DNA of 64,000 nucleotides from NCBI GenBank assembly GCA_041494685.1, contig JBGQBE010000002.1, positions 1 through 64,000 of the forward strand, given 5' to 3'. This DNA comes from Dehalococcoidia bacterium (lineage in GTDB: Bacteria > Chloroflexota > Dehalococcoidia > DSTF01 > JACRBR01). Made by a program: the position numbers and the translations under genes. The notes beneath the pieces were generated by a model. It was given only the letters and a program-made list of their open reading frames with translations. It ran no database searches and was not told the DNA's origin. Shown here one piece after another: positions 60,207 to 64,000 of the stretch. The stretch's first letter is position 1. The number at the start of each line of letters is the position of its first letter.

Positions 60207-62870
60207 ATGCCTGATTACATCGAACTGCAGCGCGAGCGCGAGCTGATGGGCCGCGCCGCCTGCTCGCACGCCGCGGGCGCCGCGTACGCGCGGCCGTTCC
60301 CGCTGGCCGGCGACCAGGCGCACTATCCGCGCGACCTCGTGGTGGACGTACGGCACATCAAGCTGGAGATCAGCATCGACCTGCGCAAGCGACACGTCGG
60401 CGGCACGGCGACGCACACCGTACGCGCCATCAACGACGGCGTGCGGCACATCAACTTCGACGCGGTGGAGATGGAGATCAGCGGCGTGACGGCGGGCGGC
60501 GCCGCGGCGAAGTTCGACTACAGCGACGACGTGCTGCGCGTGACGCTGCCACGCGCGCTGAAGGCGGGCGCCGAGACGGACATCACGATCGCGTACGCGG
60601 CGTCGCCACGGCGCGGCCTCTACTTCACCGCGCCCGACAAGGACTATCCGAAAAAGCCGCTGCAGGCGTGGACGCAGGGCCAGGACGAGGACTCGCGCCA
60701 CTGGTACCCCTGTATCGACTTCCCGGACCACCAGCAGACGTCCGAGGTCATCGTCACCGTGCCGGCGTCGATGATCAGCATCGGCAACGGCCAACTGAAG
60801 TCGGTGCGCGAGAACAAGCGCGCGAACACGAAGACGTACCACTGGTACCAGGCGATCCCGCACGTCACGTACCTGCTCAGCCAGGTCGTCGGCGATTTCG
60901 CCGAGGTCACGCACACGTGGCAGAGTGTGCCGGTGCAGTATTACGGCCCGCGCGGGCGCGAGGCCGACCTGGAGCGCACGCTGGGCCGCACACCGGCGAT
61001 GCTGGCATTCTTCAGCGACCGCATCGGCGTCAAGTATCCCTACCCGCGCTATGCGCAGACGTTCGTCGCCGACTTCATCTTCGGCGGCATGGAGAACATC
61101 AGCGCGACGACGCTCACCGAGACGTCGCTGCTGGACAAGCGCGCGTCGCTGGATGCCGACTCCGACGGACTGCTGGCGCACGAGCTGGCGCACCAGTGGT
61201 TTGGCGACCTGCTGACGTGCCGCGACTGGTCGCACGGCTGGCTGAACGAGGGCTTCGCCACGTACTTCGAGGCGCTGTTCACCGAGCATCACAAGGGGCT
61301 GGATGAGTTCCGCTACGAGCTGATGCAGAACACGCAGATCTACCTGGCCGAGGACGGCGCACGCTACCGCCGCCCGATCGTCAACAACGTCTACCACGAG
61401 CCCATCGACCTCTTCGACCGGCACCTGTACGAGAAGGGGTCGCTGGTGCTCCACACGATCCGCACCGTGCTGGGCGATGACCTGTGGTGGAAGGCGATCC
61501 GCCACTACGTCGCGAAGCAGCGCAGCACCAACGTCACCACGCCGGACCTCCAGCGCGCGATCGCCGAGGCGACCGGCCGCAACATCGACTGGCTGTTCGA
61601 CGAGTACGTCTACCGGGGCGGCCACCCGGCATTCAAGCTGTCGTTCGAATGGGACGAGGCCGCGAAACAGGCGAAGCTGGGCGTCACGCAGACGCAGGAC
61701 GAGAAGGACTCGTCCGTGTTCCGGTTGCCTGTAACGGTGGACTTCAGCGTCGACGGCAAGACGCACGCGTTCCAGGTGGAAGTCAGCGAGAAGGCGCACA
61801 CGTTCCTCTTCGCGCTGCCGGCGAAGCCGCAACTCGTGCGCTTCGATCCCGGCCACAACCTGCTGAAGACGGTCGAGTTCAAGCGCTCGAAGGAGATGCT
61901 GCTCTTCCAGCTCAAGCACGACGACGACGTGACCGGCCGCATCGACGCGGCGAAGGAGCTGTCGAAGCTCGGCACGCGCGAAGCGGTGGACGCGCTGAAG
62001 GACGCCGTGCTGCACGACAAGTTCTGGGCCGTGCAGGCGGAGGCGGCGCGCGCGCTCGGCAGCGTGCGCAGCGAGGCCGCGCGCGCCGCGCTGCTGGCGT
62101 GCCTGAAGGTGCGCCACCCGAAGGCGCGCCGCGGCGTGGTCGCCGGCCTGGGCCAGTTCCGCCACGACGAGAAGGCCGCGGCCGCGCTGGCCGGCGTGTT
62201 GCGTGCGGGCGATGCGAGCTACTACGTCGAGGCGGCGGCCGCGCAGGCGCTGGGGCAGACGCGATCGGCGAAGGCGTTCGACGTGCTGACGACAGTGGCA
62301 ATGAAGAAGGAGTCGCAGAGCGACGTGATCCGCTCGAGCGCGCTGAGCGGGCTAACGGAGCTGAAGGACGAACGCACCATACCGATCGCGATCGAGTGGA
62401 CGCGGCGCGGCAAGTCGAACCCCGTGCGCGGCGCCGCCGCGTTCGCGCTGGGCCGGCTGGGCCAGCTGAGCGACCGCGCGAAGGACCAGTCATTCGACCG
62501 GCTGGTGGAGCTGTTGCCCGACGAGTGGCTGCGCGTGCGCATGAACGCCGTCTCCGCGCTGGCGGAGCTCAAGGAGCCGAAAGCGGTCGCCGAGCTGGAG
62601 CGGACGCGCACACGCGACCTCGACGGCCGCGTCGTCCGCAGCGCGCGCGAGGCGATGCGCCGCATCCGCGAGGGAGCGGACAAGGGCGAAGAGGTGAAGA
62701 AGCTCCGCGAGGACCTGGACAAGCTGCTGGAGGACAACCGCGCGCTCCGCGACCGCGTGGAGAAGCTGGAGTTCACCGCCGCCGGCGCCGGGCCGAAGCC
62801 ACGCGCCGCCGCGAAGCCCGCACCGCGCCGCAAGCCGGCGCGCGCAGCCACACCGCGCCCGCGCCGCTGA
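60207..62870 (+). CDS. M1 family aminopeptidase with C-terminal HEAT-like repeats and coiled coil
   Basis: GGMEN, HELAHQW-x-NEGFA, YEKG. Confidence 0.92.
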   Translation: MPDYIELQRERELMGRAACSHAAGAAYARPFPLAGDQAHYPRDLVVDVRHIKLEISIDLRKRHVGGTATHTVRAINDGVRHINFDAVEMEISGVTAGGAAAKFDYSDDVLRVTLPRALKAGAETDITIAYAASPRRGLYFTAPDKDYPKKPLQAWTQGQDEDSRHWYPCIDFPDHQQTSEVIVTVPASMISIGNGQLKSVRENKRANTKTYHWYQAIPHVTYLLSQVVGDFAEVTHTWQSVPVQYYGPRGREADLERTLGRTPAMLAFFSDRIGVKYPYPRYAQTFVADFIFGGMENISATTLTETSLLDKRASLDADSDGLLAHELAHQWFGDLLTCRDWSHGWLNEGFATYFEALFTEHHKGLDEFRYELMQNTQIYLAEDGARYRRPIVNNVYHEPIDLFDRHLYEKGSLVLHTIRTVLGDDLWWKAIRHYVAKQRSTNVTTPDLQRAIAEATGRNIDWLFDEYVYRGGHPAFKLSFEWDEAAKQAKLGVTQTQDEKDSSVFRLPVTVDFSVDGKTHAFQVEVSEKAHTFLFALPAKPQLVRFDPGHNLLKTVEFKRSKEMLLFQLKHDDDVTGRIDAAKELSKLGTREAVDALKDAVLHDKFWAVQAEAARALGSVRSEAARAALLACLKVRHPKARRGVVAGLGQFRHDEKAAAALAGVLRAGDASYYVEAAAAQALGQTRSAKAFDVLTTVAMKKESQSDVIRSSALSGLTELKDERTIPIAIEWTRRGKSNPVRGAAAFALGRLGQLSDRAKDQSFDRLVELLPDEWLRVRMNAVSALAELKEPKAVAELERTRTRDLDGRVVRSAREAMRRIREGADKGEEVKKLREDLDKLLEDNRALRDRVEKLEFTAAGAGPKPRAAAKPAPRRKPARAATPRPRR

Positions 62871-63122
62871 CGGCGATCCGGATCAGCGCACCGCGGATCA
62901 CACGTTACGGAGATGTGATGCGACGGGCGGTTTGCACTTCGTTAACACTCCTCTAGCGATCCGTTGACAGGGCGTCGTTAGGGTGTCGGCGAGGGCGGAC
63001 CGCCTGCGGCGTCTAATCAGGCGTAGGGTGTGTGACTATCTTGAGGCAGGGAGTGAGCAGTCGGTCCGCCCGTTAACATTCCCCGTATAATGGCCCCGGC
63101 TGTTATTGAAAGCTGAGGCGCC

Positions 63123-63815
63123 ATGACCGCAACCATCCTCGTCGTCGACGACGAGAAGAACATCGTCCAGCTCGCCCGCCTGTACCTGAACAACGAAGGC
63201 TTCCGCGTGGAGTCGGCGAGCGACGGGAAGCAGGCGCTGGAGAAGGCGAAGTCGGTCCGCCCGGACCTGATCGTGCTGGACATCATGATGCCGGAGATGG
63301 ACGGGCTCACCGTCTGCAAAGAGCTCCGCAAGACGAGCAACGTCCCCGTGATCATCCTCACCGCGCGCGGCGACGACATCGACCGCATTGTCGGACTCGA
63401 GATCGGCGCCGATGATTACATGGCGAAGCCGTTCAACCCGCGCGAACTGGTCGCCCGTGTGAAGGCCGTGCTGCGCCGCGCCCAGGGCGAGCGCGAGGTG
63501 CCGGAGGTGGTCGAGGTGGACGGCCTGCGCATCGACGCCGCGAGCCGCGAGGTGACGCTGGACGGCAGGCAGCTCACCCTTCGCGCCAAGGAGTTCGAAC
63601 TGCTGACGGCTTTCGCACAGCACGTAGGCACCGTCCTGGACCGCGAGCGCCTGCTCCGCATGGTGTGGGGCACCGACTACTACGGTGATTCGCGGACGAT
63701 CGACGTCCACGTCGCCTGGCTCCGCGAGAAGCTTGGCGCATCCCGGGTGAAGATCCAGACCGTCTGGGGGATCGGGTACAAGCTGGTGGTGGAAAGCGAT
63801 GCTGGGGAGTCTTAG
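63123..63815 (+). CDS. OmpR/PhoB family response regulator
   Basis: VVDDE, LDIMMP, GADDY..KPF, RTIDVHV, TVWGIGY. Confidence 0.95.
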   Translation: MTATILVVDDEKNIVQLARLYLNNEGFRVESASDGKQALEKAKSVRPDLIVLDIMMPEMDGLTVCKELRKTSNVPVIILTARGDDIDRIVGLEIGADDYMAKPFNPRELVARVKAVLRRAQGEREVPEVVEVDGLRIDAASREVTLDGRQLTLRAKEFELLTAFAQHVGTVLDRERLLRMVWGTDYYGDSRTIDVHVAWLREKLGASRVKIQTVWGIGYKLVVESDAGES

Positions 63816-64000
63816 AGCCAGACTCATCGTCTCCTTCGCGCTCGTCGTCGCACTGGCGGTGTTCCTGGCGGGCGCCGGCGCCCTGCTCCTGCTGCGCGAC
63901 CAGCAACAAGAGACCGCGCGCGAGCGCTACGGCCACCTCGCCGAACCGATCAGCGTCAACGTCGGCGCGATGGCCCAGCGCGGCGAAACGCTCGACCAGA
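63799..64000 (+). CDS. Probable sensor histidine kinase, N-terminus only (truncated by the window)
   Basis: MLGSLRARLIVSFALVVALAVFLAG TM segment overlapping the regulator 3' end; no kinase motifs within the window. Confidence 0.7.
   Translation, partial: MLGSLRARLIVSFALVVALAVFLAGAGALLLLRDQQQETARERYGHLAEPISVNVGAMAQRGETLDQ

Overview
GC-rich bacterial chromosomal window, most likely Chloroflexota (Dehalococcoidia-like). The lineage is inferred from gene content, not from a search. It carries about 60 mostly housekeeping or metabolic genes: SAM-I riboswitch-mtnA, ychF, thrB, a tandem class III CoA-transferase pair, pdxST, a DAK2/DegV fatty acid kinase pair next to rpmB, ald, galE-like/fabF/folC, an ABC-2 exporter, and a ~10 kb sulfate-assimilation/cysteine cluster (sir-cysH-cysC-sat-transporter, then rrf2-cysK-Ubl/MoeB fusion-cysO-cysM) flanked by two c-di-GMP enzymes. 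Further right lie nth, a thiolase, a frameshifted Mrr nuclease, a polar amino-acid ABC importer, an M1 aminopeptidase and a two-component system. No rRNA, tRNA, CRISPR array, IS or prophage was recognised. The best candidates for undescribed biology are: (1) a leader-peptide antiterminator/terminator attenuator upstream of the ABC exporter; (2) the sulfur cluster with two ubiquitin-like carriers, an E1 lacking rhodanese, a Na/Pi-type transporter and a shared candidate operator; (3) a circularly permuted alkaline-phosphatase-superfamily enzyme; (4) small ORFs missed by the ORF track, a probable CTG start, widespread leaderless genes and dispersed intergenic heptamer repeats. All functional calls come from motif recognition by eye; nothing was database-searched.
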